NCBI GenBank assembly: GCA_030390025.1
Contig: CM059431.1
Span: 138,634,001-138,698,000 of the forward strand
Length of the DNA stretch: 64,000 nucleotides
Direction of reading: 5' to 3'
Origin: Squalus acanthias
Lineage: Eukaryota
This document shows, piece after piece, positions 11,480 through 24,475 of the stretch; the first letter of the stretch is position 1, and each line of letters begins with the position of its first letter. A program made the translations under genes and the position numbers. Below the pieces are notes generated by a model. The model did not search any database. It was given only the letters and a program-made list of their open reading frames with translations, and had not been told where the DNA came from.

Positions 11480-13112
11480 AGAGGGAGTAGCGGGGAATAG
11501 AGCAGAGAACAGCGAGGGAGAGAGCAGAGGGCGGCGGGGAATAGAGCAGAGAACGGCAGGGAATAGAGCAGAGAACGGCAGGGAATAGAGCAGAGAACGG
11601 CGGGGAATACAGCAGAGAACGGCGGTGAATAGAGCAGAGGGCGGCGAGGGATAGAGCAGAGAACGGCGGGGAATAGAGCAGAGAACGGCGGGGAATAGAG
11701 CAGAGGGCGGCGAGGGATAGAGCAGAGAACGGCGGGGAATAGAGCAGAGAACGGCGAGGAATAGAGCAGAGAACGGCGAGGAATAGAGCAGAGAACGGCG
11801 AGGAATAGAGCAGAGAACGGCGAGGAATAGAGCAGAGAACGGCGAGGAATAGAGCAGAGAACGGCGAGGAATAGAGCAGAGAACGGCGAGGAATAGAGCA
11901 GAGAACGGCGAGGAATAGAGCAGAGAACGGCGAGGAATAGAGCAGAGAACGGCGAGGAATAGAGCAGAGAACGGCGAGGAATAGAGCAGAGAACGGCGAG
12001 GAATAGAGCAGAGAACGGCGAGGAATAGAGCAGAGAACGGCGAGGAATAGAGCAGAGAACGGCGAGGAATAGAGCAGAGAACGGCGAGGAATAGAGCAGA
12101 GAACGGCGAGGAATAGAGCAGAGAACGGCGAGGAATAGAGCAGAGAACGGCGAGGAATAGAGCAGAGAACGGCGAGGAATAGAGCAGAGAACGGCGAGGA
12201 ATAGAGCAGAGAACGGCGAGGAATAGAGCAGAGAACGGCGAGGAATAGAGCAGAGAACGGCGAGGAATAGAGCAGAGAACGGCGAGGAATAGAGCAGAGA
12301 ACGGCGAGGAATAGAGCAGAGAGCGGCGGGGAATAGAGCAGAGGGCGGCGGGGAATAGGGCAGAGAACGGCGGGGAATAGGGCAGAGAACGGCGGGGAAT
12401 AGGGCAGAGGGCGGCGGGGAATAGGGCAGAGGGCGGCGGGGAATAGGGCAGAGGGCGGCGGGGAATAGGGCAGAGGGCGGCGGGGAATAGGGCAGAGGGC
12501 GGCGGGGAATAGGGCAGAGGGCGGCGAGGAATGGGGCAGAGGGCGGCGAGGAATGGGGCAGAGGGCGGCGAGGAATGGGGCAGAGGGCGGCGAGGAATGG
12601 AGCAGAGGGCGGCGAGGAATGGAGCAGAGGGCGGCGAGGAATGGAGCAGAGGGCGGCGAGGAATGGAGCAGAGGGCGGCGAGGAATGGAGCAGAGGGCGG
12701 CGAGGAATGGAGCAGAGGGCGGCGAGGAATGGAGCAGAGGGCGGCGAGGAATGGAGCAGAGGGCGGCGAGGAATGGAGCAGAGGGAGGCGAGGAATGGAG
12801 CAGAGGGCGGCGAGGAATGGAGCAGAGGGCGGCGAGGAATGGAGCAGAGGGCGGCGAGGAATGGAGCAGAGGGCGGCGAGGAATGGAGCAGAGGGCGGCG
12901 AGGAATGGAGCAGAGGGCGGCGAGGAATGGAGCAGAGGGCGGCGAGGAATGGAGCAGAGGGCGGCGAGGAATAGAGCAGAGGGCGGCGAGGAATAGAGCA
13001 GAGGGCGGCGAGGAATAGAGCAGAGGGCGGCGAGGAATAGAGCAGAGGGCGGCGAGGAATAGAGCAGAGGGCGGCGAGGAATAGAGCAGAGGGCGGCGAG
13101 GAATAGAGCAGA
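11480..13112. repeat. 22-bp purine-rich minisatellite (~74 copies)
   Basis: Unit GGCGAGGAATAGAGCAGAGAAC, with blocks of variants such as GGCGAGGAATGGAGCAGAGGGC. Confidence 0.97.
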
Positions 13113-13429
13113 GATCAAGAACAGCTGACACAGGAGGGATCCGGAGAGGCACTCCGCAGAAGGCCATGCCCACAGCGAGTATTCGGGGGCCATTTCCCCG
13201 ACATTAAAGGGAACCTGGATATGTACATGAGGGAAAAGAAACAGATAGATATGCTGATAGTGTGAGATGGTCCGGTGGGATGAGGCTCGTGCGGAGCAGA
13301 TACACCGGCACAGACCTATTCGGCTCTATTGCCTGTTTCAGTGCTATAAACTCAATGGTAATTCTATGTAGCGTCACTGAGGCACCTTCACTTCACCAAG
13401 GGGGCAGTCATCGAGCTATGTCACCTGCT

Positions 13430-14230
13430 GCAGACACAAGTCCAGCAAGGACTGCACTACCTGTGGCCATCAAAGTCATCATGGCCCTTAACTTCAAAAC
13501 CATGGGCACCTTTCAGGCTGCAGCAGGTGACACCAGTGATCTATCAGAGTTAGCAGTCCACTGCTGTATCAGGGAGGTCACTGAGGCTCTCTGTACCAGG
13601 ATGAACACCTATATGTTCTTCCACAAGGAGAGAGCGAAGCAGGATGAGAGAGCACTCGGCTGCGTCCACATGACAGGCTTTCCCAGGGTGCAAGGTACCA
13701 TAGACAGCCGCTACCTTGCCTTGAGTGCTCCCCATCACCAACCTGGCATGTTGATCAATCGTAAGGGAGTCCACTCCCTCAACGCATAGTTGGTTAGTGA
13801 CCACAGGCAACATGTCATACGGACCTGTTCCCATTATCCTGGGAGCAGTTATGACTCATTCATCCTGCGCCAGTCCTCTGTGAAACCTCTATTCAAGCCA
13901 GGTCCTCAAGTTTCAGGCTGGTGCTTGTCGACAAGGACTAATCCCTCTAGACAGGGCTCACTACTGTCAGGGACCCAAGCACAGCTGCAGATCTGGCCTA
14001 CCATGAGAGTCATGCCGTCGTGAGAAACCTCACAGACCAAACAATCGAGCACTACCACTTCCCTAAGCTAGTGTTCAGATTTGTGGTCGTCTGCTGCATT
14101 TTGCAAATCATTGCCATCGTGAGGAGCAACGAGAAGTACTCAAGAAACAAGTGGAGCAGGAAGAGCGGAAGGAGGAGGAGAGGCATCGATCACAGTGCCC
14201 CGAGCTGAGTCAGCTCTCAGAGATCAGTTC
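13430..14230 (+). pseudogene. Degenerate PIF/Harbinger transposase (HARBI1-like DDE)
   Basis: LPVAIKVIMALNF...GFPRVQGTIDS...NRKGVHSLNA*, YPGSSYDSFILRQS; homologous to the transposase at 44587-45747; has stops and deletions. Confidence 0.88.
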
Positions 14231-14487
14231 ATCGAAGAGCGCTTCCTCTAAATCATCACTCCCATTCCCAATACACCAAATGTCCCACAATCCTTACCAC
14301 CGTGCTTACTGCCACCATCCTGTGGCCTTCCTTCAGTCCAGCCTACTGGGACCGGCCCTCACTCCACTACAAAGATCAACACCAACACCAAATTCAGAAC
14401 AATAAACACTTTCATCAAACAATGCAAGTGCATCTCAATGTAATAGTTAACAGAAATCATTAAGAATCAACCTTGTGCCAGCTCTTT

Positions 14488-15930
14488 GGCCGGAATTTTG
14501 CCAGCGCTCAGAGTGCGGGTTTGGAGGCGGGTCCACAGTCAAAAGCACAAAGATTGACCGGGTCGGTATCCCGCTGTAAACCCGCCTCCTTGTCAGTTTC
14601 CCAAGTGTCTCATCTGTCATCCCTGAACAGACCCGACACCAAGCGGCGGGTCAGCCAATTTAAATACTTAAAAGCTTGTTAAAAGGTATTTAAGCATCAT
14701 TTCCCCATGTACTTACCATTTGACCAGGTTTTAACGAGGTTCCCGGAGAGCGGGTATTACGTCAGGTAAGTATGTCGTGTTCTCAATGACTCCATTGCTG
14801 AGTCGGTGACAGATGCCAAAGTGGTCTAAAACCTAGCATTTTACAGCTGTTCATTTCCCAAAATTAGAAGCTGGAGCCTTCATGATTTGGAACCCACTTT
14901 TGCGCTTTATGCAGTTAGGAAGTGTTTGGAGTAAACTCTCTATCCACTGTCACCTCCTTGGAGCAACCTCTCTCACCATTAACAGATCGCTTCTGTCATC
15001 TCAACTTCAGCTGCCATCTATTCCAGCAGCATCGGTACCCTTGAAAAAATCTCACCTTGGTCCTCAGAATCCCACCACGATCAGCAGCACCAGGCACACC
15101 AGCATCACCAACAGCAACACCTGCTCCGCAATAACCTGATGCTGCACAGGACACAGAGCATCAGTACCCGAGCACATAGATGCTAGGGATGGACTCACCA
15201 TGGCCAGATTTACTACACTTAACACTGTACACCCTGACTACCACATGATGTGCCAGGTTGGCACTACCACACACCAGCACTATTAAACGTCTCTACAATG
15301 CCCAAGCCATTCCATTCACACTCATCAGTATTGTGGGGGATCCCATTATATCTGACCATTCACTGCAACTCACTAAGCCAATTCCAAAGGTGCAGACAAT
15401 TCTGTCCAAGAACGCAATGTTTTGAAAATAAAGATGTCAATGTTTCACAGCACATCAACACAAACTTCACATGAATATTGGCTAAAACATCCAAGTGCCT
15501 ACCCTTGTGTGTTCATATTTGGTATACATAGATACATAGGTATGCTTGCAGTAGGTCGAGGTAGAGTGTTAGGGGTGGCTAGTGAGATGTAGATAGAGAG
15601 GGATTGGTGGAGGTGCAAGCTAAGTTGGTGTGAGTAAGGATTAGCAGGAGTAGGATAGGGAAGGCAGATGGTTGGGGATTTGATGAGTGGCACAGCAGGA
15701 TGAGGTTGAGTGTGCGTTGCAGTAACTTTTCATAATCTACTGAGATCATTGAAAGGTTTGTGCCACTGCAGCCTGGTCCTCCTGACGACATCCCTGCTTG
15801 TGCCCTCCTATGCAGTGTGCAAACAGGCTGCATTGGTGTCCTGGGGAGGTGTCTTCCATCCATTGGAAGAGAAGGGAACCTCCCTGCGTGCTGTGACTCC
15901 CTCCATAAGCATATGGAGGGAGTCATGAGC
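14488..15930. mobile_element. Non-autonomous Harbinger derivative with Myb/SANT exon remnant on the minus strand
   Basis: Starts GGCCGGAATTTT (TIR-like); homologous to 23720-24475 and 27046-27390; minus-strand RLAHDSLHMLMEGVTARREVPF. Confidence 0.65.
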
Positions 15931-15934
15931 GAGC

Positions 15935-16855
15935 CTGGATATTGGAATAAAAAGTAGAATTTCTAAATTTGCCGATGGCACCAAACTTGGGGGTGTGAGA
16001 AACAGTGAGGATGATACCAATCGACGGCAACAGGATATAGAAAGGCTAGCAGACTGGGCAGACAAGTGGCAGATGGAATTTAAAACAGAGAAGTGTGAGG
16101 TGATGCATTTTGGCATCAGGAAAGGGAGAGGCAATATACACATGATGGCACAGTTTTAAAGAGTGTTCAGGGACAGAGGGCCCTGTGAGTTAATGTGCAT
16201 TGGTCCGTGAAGGTGGCAGGACATATTGAGAGAGTGGTTAGCAAAGCATATGGGATCTAGAGCTTCATAAATAGAGGTATTGAGTACAAAAGTAGAGAAG
16301 TTATGCTGAACCTTTATAAAGCGCTGGTTAGGCCACAACTGGAGTATTGCGTCCAGTTCTAGTCACCGCACGTTAGGAAGGATGCAGAGGAGATTTACCA
16401 GCATGGTTCCGGGGATCTTAGCTACAAGGACAAGTTGGAGAAGCTGGATTTGTTTTCAATATAGCAAAGGAGGTTGAGGGGTGATTTGATAGAGGTGTAC
16501 AAGATTATGACGGGTTTGGATAGGCTAGACGGGGAAAGGCTGCTCCCACTAGTTGATGGTACAAGGATTAGGGGACACAGATTTAAGGTTTTGTGCAAGA
16601 GATACAGGGGGGATGTGAGGAAAAACGTTTTTACGCAGCGAGTGGTGAGGACCTGGAACTCGCTGCCGACGGAAGTGGGAGAATCAGAGACACTCAATGT
16701 TTTCAAAGGGAGACTGGATAGGCACTTGGTGGAAATAAACTTGCAGGGCTACAGGGTTAGAGCGGGGGAATGGGACTGACTGGATTGCTCTGCAGAGAGC
16801 CGGCACGGATTCGATGGGCCGAATGGTCTCCTACTGTGGCGTTATGACTATGATT
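15935..16855 (+). mobile_element. CR1 LINE 3' fragment
   Basis: SKFADGTKLGG, WQMEFKTEKCEVMHFG, RGDLIEVYKIM, FTQRVVRTWNSLP; tail gatgggccgaatggtctcct. Confidence 0.92.
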
Positions 16856-16859
16856 CATC

Positions 16860-18705
16860 CAATCGTAGCAAGAGAATCGAATCTCCTGCACTTTCTCCTC
16901 TATCCGCTCTCGCACTGTTACCTCTGGTATCCCCCAAGGATCTATCCTTGACCCCCTCCTGTTTATCATCTACATTCTGCCCCTTGGCGACATCATCCGA
17001 AAACACAATGTCAGATTCCACTGGAGAGACCAGCTCTACCGCACCACCATCTCTCTCAGGCCCTCCACTGTCTCGGGTGCGTCAGGCAGCTTGTCCGACA
17101 TCCAGTATTGGCTGAGCAAACACTTCCTCCTATTAAATATTGGGCAGAGCAAAGCCATTGGCCCAAAAATTAGTGCCGCTACGCGAGAGTACGCACTGTG
17201 TACTCTCGCGTATTCTGTCTCCAATTGCCGGTTTTCTGCATGCACTGCGCATGCGCTGAAAACCGGCACTTGGTGAATGGAAAAGGGGGCGGGTCCTAGG
17301 TGAACCGCGTGCGCGCTACAGGCTGCGCGCACGCAGTGCACTTAGTGGTTTCAACGCGCAGGTAAGTACGGAAGATTCTACACAAAAAAAGGAGGAGTAA
17401 GACCCACTTTTAACAAGGTAAGTAGTGAATTAAGTGTTATTTTGAATTTTTTTTAACAGGTATATCTTTTTTAGAGACTTTAAAGACAGGTAAGTTTATT
17501 TTTATAACTTTTTAAAAGATTTTAAATTTTTTCAAAAATTTAATTTTTTATTTAAAATGGTTAATTTATTTAACTATACTTATTTTATTAATGTGATGGT
17601 TTTTTTTAAAAATTTAATTGAGGTTTAGCGGTTCTTTTGGGGGGCTATAGTATTCATAACTTTCACAGCACTTATGTGAAAGTTATGAATGGAAGATGGT
17701 GTGCTGCCATTGGCTCTAACTGAGTCACGTGATCCCACAGCTCGCACGAATTAACTCCGCCGGTGGGATACGCAAGCCCAGCACAGCAGCTGTCCAGAAC
17801 ATCAAGTTCGTGCGAGCTGGAACTGAAAAAGCCAACGCGGAGTGAGAGATCGCGGGGAGGCCTTACCCTCGCACGAAGGCTTCCTCACGAATTTTTGGGC
17901 CACTTTGGTCACGGCCACAAACTCCATTCCCTAGCCACGGACTCCATCCCTCTCCCGGCAACTGTGAGTCTGAACCAGACTGTTTGCAACCAATGCATCC
18001 TATTAAATCCTGAGCTGACCTTTCGCTCCCATACCCTCTCCATCAACAAGGCCACCTACTTCCAACCCCGTAATATTCGCTGTCTGCGCCCCTGCCTCAG
18101 CCCATCTAATGCTGAAATCCTCATTTATGCCTTTGTTATCTCCAGTCTCAATTATTCCAACACTCTAAGGCTTGTCAACCAACCACGTTCCATCCTCTGT
18201 AAATTTGAGCTTATCCAAAACTCTGCTGTGCCAATCGGAACTCGCACCGAGTCCCGTTCACCCATCACCCATGGGCTCGCTGACCTACACCGGCTCCCAG
18301 TCTCGCAGAGTCTTGATTTTGAAATTATCATCCTTGTTTTCAATCCCTCCATGAACTCATCCATCCCTATCTCTGCAATCTTCTCCAGGCCTACAACCCT
18401 CCGAGATCTCCGCACTCCTCAATTTTGAACTTTGTGCATCCCTGATTTTCACTCCTCCACTTTTGGCGGCTGTGTTCACAGCAGCCTCGACCCTGAACTC
18501 TGGAATTCCCTCTCCAACCCTATCCGCCTCTACTTATCGCCTGTTCACTCCTAAAATTCTACCTCTTTGACCAGGCTTTTGGTCACCCGTTCTAATATCT
18601 CTTTATTTGGCTCGGTGTTTCATTTTATCTGATTACGCTCCTGCTGATTCTCTCGGGACGTTATTACTAAGTTAAAGGGGCTATGTCAATTCAAGTTGTT
18701 GTTGT
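16860..18705 (+). mobile_element. L2 LINE 3' region, interrupted by a MITE
   Basis: tccccaaggatctatccttg (PQGSIL), [38 protein letters not shown]2-type tail ending caagttgttgttgtt. Confidence 0.85.
17160..17901. mobile_element. Harbinger-type MITE (742 bp)
   Basis: Perfect 12-bp TIRs GGCCCAAAAATT...AATTTTTGGGCC; GC-rich ends, AT-rich core; splits an L2; flanking trinucleotides imperfect (att/act). Confidence 0.85.
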
Positions 18706-18819
18706 TAATCCCCTTTTTACCTTCACAATAACATTAACATTTCCCTGTGACATGTTAACCGGAAATGTGTAGAATTTCCCAAGAGCTCACCCAAGACTTG
18801 ATCAAATAATTGGGGAACA

Positions 18820-19266
18820 TCAGTACATTGTGAGTCTGTCCCTCTCTCAATCCTGCCCAATCAGTACATTGTGAGCCTGTCCCCCTCTCAGTGCTGCCCA
18901 GTCAGTACATTGTGAGCCTGTCCCTCTCTCAGTGCTCGTCAATCAGTACATTGTGAGCCTGTCCCCCTCTGTGCTGCCCAATCAGTACATTGTGAGCCTG
19001 TCCCCCTCTCAGTGCTGCCCAGTCAGTACATTGTGAGCCTGTCCCTCTCTCAGTGCTCGTCAATCAGTACATTGTGAGCCTGTCCCCCTCTGTGCTGCCC
19101 AATCAGTACATTGTGAGCCTGTCCCTCTCTCAGTGCTGCCCAATCAGTACATTGTGAGTCTGTCCCACTCTCAGTGCTGCCCAATCAGTACATTGTGAGC
19201 CTGTCCCTCTCTCAGTGCTGCCCAATCAGTACATTGTGAGCCTGTCCCTCTCTCTCAGTGCTGCCC
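18820..19266. repeat. ~41-bp minisatellite (~11 copies)
   Basis: Unit CAGTACATTGTGAGCCTGTCCCTCTCTCAGTGCTGCCCAAT. Confidence 0.95.
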
Positions 19267-19675
19267 CATTCCCGATTTGCTATTTGTACAAAAGCTCAGC
19301 TCTGCGGGGTGGGAGGTTCAATCATTTATCCATTATAAACACTACAGCCATATAACCAGAATCACCTGTGGATTTGTATTGAGATGTCTGCAGTACATTG
19401 TACGACAGATAGTATTCACCATCAGAGGGAACATTTCACCTTCACCCAGCTCGCCATGTTAAGTAAATATTAGTGTCCCATGTAGATTTGAAACTTCTCT
19501 CAGAAATTTGCTGTCAATCAAGATTCACATGAACTGTTTTAGTTTTCTAACTGTTTACGATTAAAATTTTGAAATAAATCTTGTTACATTTTACTGAAAA
19601 GCAGTGCAGTATATCGAAGCTTTCTTTGACAATATAACTAACATTGAAACCACTTTTTGTCTGTTCTAACTGAAG

Positions 19676-21413
19676 ATTTTCAACAGAAACATAGGGAAAC
19701 ACTCCGGGTACAAACTGAAACACTGAGAGTGAACACTACCCTAATAAAGGAGAAGGTTAAGGTTTTCCAGCTGGTTGATCGATACGCTGAGCTAACGGTC
19801 ATTTCTACTGTTCGAGATCGGACACTTGTAGAACATGAACTGCTGGCAAGAGGCCGAGACCATGAAGAGTGGAGAGAGAAACATCTCCGGAGAGAACTGG
19901 AAAAAATCCGAACTGATCAATTGTTCCACAGCAGTTTTTCCCGGAGAAAATCCAAATCTGGGAGTTCAGGAGCAGTGAGCGGAGTCCCGGGGATTGGAAA
20001 AACAACAATGGTACAAAAGATTGTTCATGACTGGGCCACTGGGAAAATATACCCACACTTTCAATTTGTTTTCAGCTTTAAATTCCGGGATTTGAACGCT
20101 ATTAACTGTAGAATAAACCTGAGGAATCTGATACTGGATCAGTATCCTTACTTTGGGAATATTCTGGGAGAGCTCTGGAAGACCCCAGAGGGATTGCTGT
20201 TTATATTCGATGGTTTGGATGAATTCAAGGACAGGATCGATTTTGCTGATAATCGGAGAAATACAGAACCACAGTTCATGTGCACAGATCCCGAAGACTG
20301 GTGTGAAGTGTCTGACATTGTGTACAGTTTAATACAGCACAAGCTGCTCCCAGGATGTTCAGTGCTAGTGACCAGCCGCCCCACTGCATTACATTCATTG
20401 GAAAAGGCTGAGATCAGTGTCTGGGCTGAAATCCTGGGATTTGTTGGTGAAGAACGGAAGGAATATTTCAACAAGTTTTTTGAAGATCAGACGGTGGCAG
20501 CAGCTGTTTTCAAACACGTGGAGGAGAACGAGATCCTGTACACCATGTGCTACAACCCTTCCTACTGCTGGATCCTCGGCCTCTCACTGGGCCCCTTCTT
20601 TACACAAGGAGACAGGGAACAGCAGCGACTTCCCAGGACAATCACCCAACTATATTCCTACTATATTTACAACATTCTGAAAAACCATGGCCGAGAGATT
20701 GAAAGCCCCCGTGATGTGTTACTGAAGCTTGGTGAGATGGCCTTCACAGGAGTCTCCGAGAAGAAGATTGTGTTTAGAAATGGAGATTTGATCAAGTACA
20801 ATCTGCAACCTTCCCAGTTCCTGTCTGGGTTCATGATGGAACTTCTGGAGAGAGATGATACTGCCCAGAGCGTGGTGTACACATTCCCGCACCTCACCAT
20901 CCAAGAGTTTGTAGCCGCACTCGCACAATTCCTGACTCCAGATCCCGGGGACATCCTGAAACTCCTCAGAGAATCCCACTGCAAGGAAGATGGGCGATTG
21001 GAGATATTTCTCCGTTTTGTTGCTGGTCTCTCCTCTCCACAGTCAGCTCGGCCCCTGGAGGAGTTTCTGGGTCCATTTCTTCATCAAACCACCTGCCGAG
21101 TGATTGACTGGGTAAAGGAGAAGATTGAGGGAAAGATTGGAGACACGAAGAGTGAAACTGATAAAAGGAACCTCCTGAACACATTCCACTACCTGTTTGA
21201 GTCTCAGAATAAAGCACTGACTCGGGCCACAGTGGGGTCTGTGGAAACACTGACATTTAGTGAATTGGCATTGACCCCGATTGATTGTGCGGTCCTGTCT
21301 CATGTCATTAGACTCTGTGATACCATAAAACACCTCGATCTAAAGGACTGCTCCATTCAGTGTGAGGGACTCCAGCGGCTGGGACCCGTACTGCACAAAT
21401 GCCGGGTGTTGGG
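19676..21413 (+). CDS. NLR gene NACHT exon (FISNA-like region, NBD, HD1, WHD, HD2, first LRR); NLRP3/NLRC3-like chondrichthyan NLR
   Basis: Uninterrupted ORF; Walker A GVPGIGKT, Walker B LLFIFDGLDE, sensor-1 VTSRP, WHD FPHLTIQEF; tgaag|AT acceptor and GG|gtaact donor. Confidence 0.96.
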
Positions 21414-23049
21414 GTAACTGTTTATTTGTCTCTAACTGTTGGGCGAATTGTAGAACAGTCACGGATTGTGTTGTTGTTCCGTAATGAAGGGAAACAAACA
21501 GTTCAGTTAAACCAGAGAGAAGCAGATTCAATACTTATATGACCAAAAATAAGAGGATCGGTTAGTAATTCCCTCAGGACTGGAGAATCTAAACTGGATT
21601 CTTGTGAACAAGTAGGGATTTTATAGTCTTTATCAGATCAGCAAATACAGGTCACTGAGAGTCTGATAATTAATTACAATAAATCATATTTAATATTTAA
21701 TAAGGCTGGACAACGGAAGGTAAACATAAAATATAATCCGGCAGTAAAGATAAAATTAATTTAAAATGTTTTCCACATCCACCATTTCAACTGGATACAG
21801 AACAGAAACCCGAGTTTAAATCATTAACAGTTTGATATTTAGTCCAATACCGTGCAGGCTGTGTCTTGTCGAGGGGGAAGTTTCCTGGATTGGGAATATT
21901 GGGGAATCGGGATTTCTTTCAGCTGTAAATGTTTAGAATTATTCAAAGTCCTGAACGTTGAGTAAAGATTGATATTCAGGATCTTAAATCTGCCGGTAAA
22001 AAGTTTCCAATCTAACATGTTGTGGGGTATTAGCCCCGGAGTACAGACACACACCGGCCAGCGGTGGGGCCTCGCACACAGCGGGCGGCTCCTGGGTAAA
22101 CCGGGGGCAGTGAACCCGGAATTCCCCATAATCCGCCCCCTGTGTGTGAGGCCCTGCTCGGGGAGGGAACTTCCGAAAATTCCCCAAAAACTGTCGGGCC
22201 AATTACCCCTGAAATAAATATAGAGCCAGTTTAATGGGGAATAAAGTGAGAGACTCCCCTCCCCTATAAACTAGGAGCACAGGGACATTTAAAACTTGTA
22301 ACGGGACAGAATAAACCCTCCTTGTTACAAAAAATCCTGGGGGCGGATTTTACAGCAGCAGTTAGCGTTTCACAATATAACTCGCCCCGAGATATTATAC
22401 AGATTAATATAATGCACAGAGTATAAAGTACAGGGAACCACCACTTTATCATTTAATTCCAGGAAAATCGCCCCTTTCCCATAAAATCCAGGATTTAAGG
22501 AGCAGCAGAAATGAGACAAGTTTCTCCAAACATGACGGATCTGGTCACTGAGCTGCAGGAGGGTAATTTTGATCATCAGGGAATGAGAGCGGACTGAGGG
22601 ACATTTAAAGGCTTCACACAGACAGCACTTTATTTAATAAGTACATTTACTGACAGTCCCTGAATATATGGGGAGTTGGGCAGAGTGAGTTTTCTTCCCA
22701 GTGACAGGAAGAGGGAAATTTCGCGGGGTTCAGCGGGCGCGATCGGTGGTGGGTCGGGTGGGAAACTGGATTTTTCCCCAGCGGGTCGGGTCCCCGCTGT
22801 CAACCACCCGCCATGCGCCTTTCCCAAATGTCGGGTCTGTCAGCGCTGAGCAGACCCGATATGCAGCGGCGGGGGAGCTAATTCAGGTCATTATGACCTT
22901 GATAACAGGATTAACAACTATTTTCAGTTCACCTTCAGAGTTTTCCAGGTCGCCCACGGGCTTCACGCTGCTCGGGGATCACATCAGGTAAACAGGGCGG
23001 GAGTTGAATGGCCATGGAATTATCTCATTACTTGACAGCTGGAATCAAG

Positions 23050-23720
23050 AACGTAAGAGCATAAGAAATAGGAGCAGGAGTAGGCCATTTGACCCTTCGA
23101 GCCTGATCCCCCATTCAATGAGATCATGGCTGATCTTCTACCTCATCTCCACTTGCCTGAACTATCCCCATATTCCTTGATGCCCTTAATATTCAAATAT
23201 CTATCGTTCTCTGTCTTGAATATATTCAATGACTGAGCCTCCACAGCCCTCTGGAGTAGAGAATTCCAAAGTTTCACACCCCTCTGAGTGACGACATTTC
23301 TCCTCATCTCAGTCCTAAATAGCTGACCCCTTATTCTGAGACTGTGACCCCTGGTTCTAGACTCCCCAGCCTTGGGAAACATCCTCCCTGCATCTACCCT
23401 CTCAAGCTCTAAGAATTTTGTATGTTTCAATGAGATCACCTCTCATTCTTCTAAAATCTAGAGAATATAGGCTTAGTCTACTCAATCTGTCCTGATAGGA
23501 CAATCCCCGCATCCCAGGAGCAGTCTGGTGAACCTTCATTGCGCTCCCTCTCTGGCAAGTATATCCTTCTTTAGGTAAGGAGACCAAAACTGTACACAAT
23601 ACTCCAGGTGTGGTCTCACCAGGGCCTTATATAATTGCAGTAAGACATCTTTACTCTTGTACTCAAATCCTCTTGTAATAAAGGCAAACATACCATTTGC
23701 TTTCCTAATTGCTTGCTGTT
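23050..23720 (-). mobile_element. CR1 LINE 3' fragment
   Basis: KANGMFAFITRGFEYKSKDVLLQLYKALVRPHLEYC; tail aagaaataggagcaggagtaggcc. Confidence 0.92.
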
Positions 23721-24475
23721 CCTGAATAAAAGCTATCAAAGCTCCCATCCCACCGCCGTTCACTTTCCAAGCTCAGAAACTGTTGCTTACTGCATTTGGA
23801 AGACAGATTGAGATTTATGCAGCTTGCAAATGTTCGGAGCACACTCTCTATCCATTGTCCCCTCACTGCAACAACATCTCTCATCATTGACAGATTGCTT
23901 CTATTACATCAGAATGGGTATGGTTTATACTGTCTCACCTTGGTCCTCAGAATCAGACCATGATCAGCCCCAACACCATCAGCACCAGGCACACCAGCAG
24001 CACCAAGAACCACACCAACCTTCTCCGCCATCACCTGATGCTGCACCAGACAGAGGGCATCAGCATCCGAGCACATTGTAGCCTGGGACGCCAGAGATGG
24101 CCTCATCAAGGCCAGATTTACTTCACTTGACGCTGCCACATGATGCGCCAGGTTGGCACCATCCCATAACAACAACATAAAGCATCCCTACAATGCCCAA
24201 GCCAGTCCTTTCACACTCATCAGCATTGCAGGGGGTACTGTTATGTCTCACCATTCACTGCAACTCACTAAGCCACTTCCAAACTTGCACACAGATCTGT
24301 CCAAGAAAGGAATGTATTGAAAATAAAGATTTCAATGTTTGACAGCACATTAACAGAAACTTCACATGAACATTGGCTAAAACACCCAAGTGCCTTCCCT
24401 TGTGCGTTGTTAGTTGTTATGATTGGACGAAGATGAATGTGAGTGTGCGTGGTGGCTGGTGAGATGGGGATGTGA

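Noticed and set aside
11121..13193. Long ORFs (690 aa, 586 aa, three of 147 aa) over the 22-bp array
   Set aside because: The same periodic peptide appears in several frames because the 22-nt unit lacks stops; a minisatellite artefact.
17763..18428. 221-aa ORF in the NLR intron
   Set aside because: Chimera of a MITE end and decayed L2 ORF2 C-terminus.
19657..21417. NACHT ORF as a stand-alone single-exon gene
   Set aside because: It starts at a TTG within the acceptor tract and ends at a stop within the donor; splice phases link it to upstream and LRR exons.
21870..22475. Possible small MITEs (GC-rich patch 21872-22210; GGGGCGGATTTT...AAAATCGCCCC at ~22340-22474)
   Set aside because: TIRs are imperfect and I could not establish TSDs; too weak to call.
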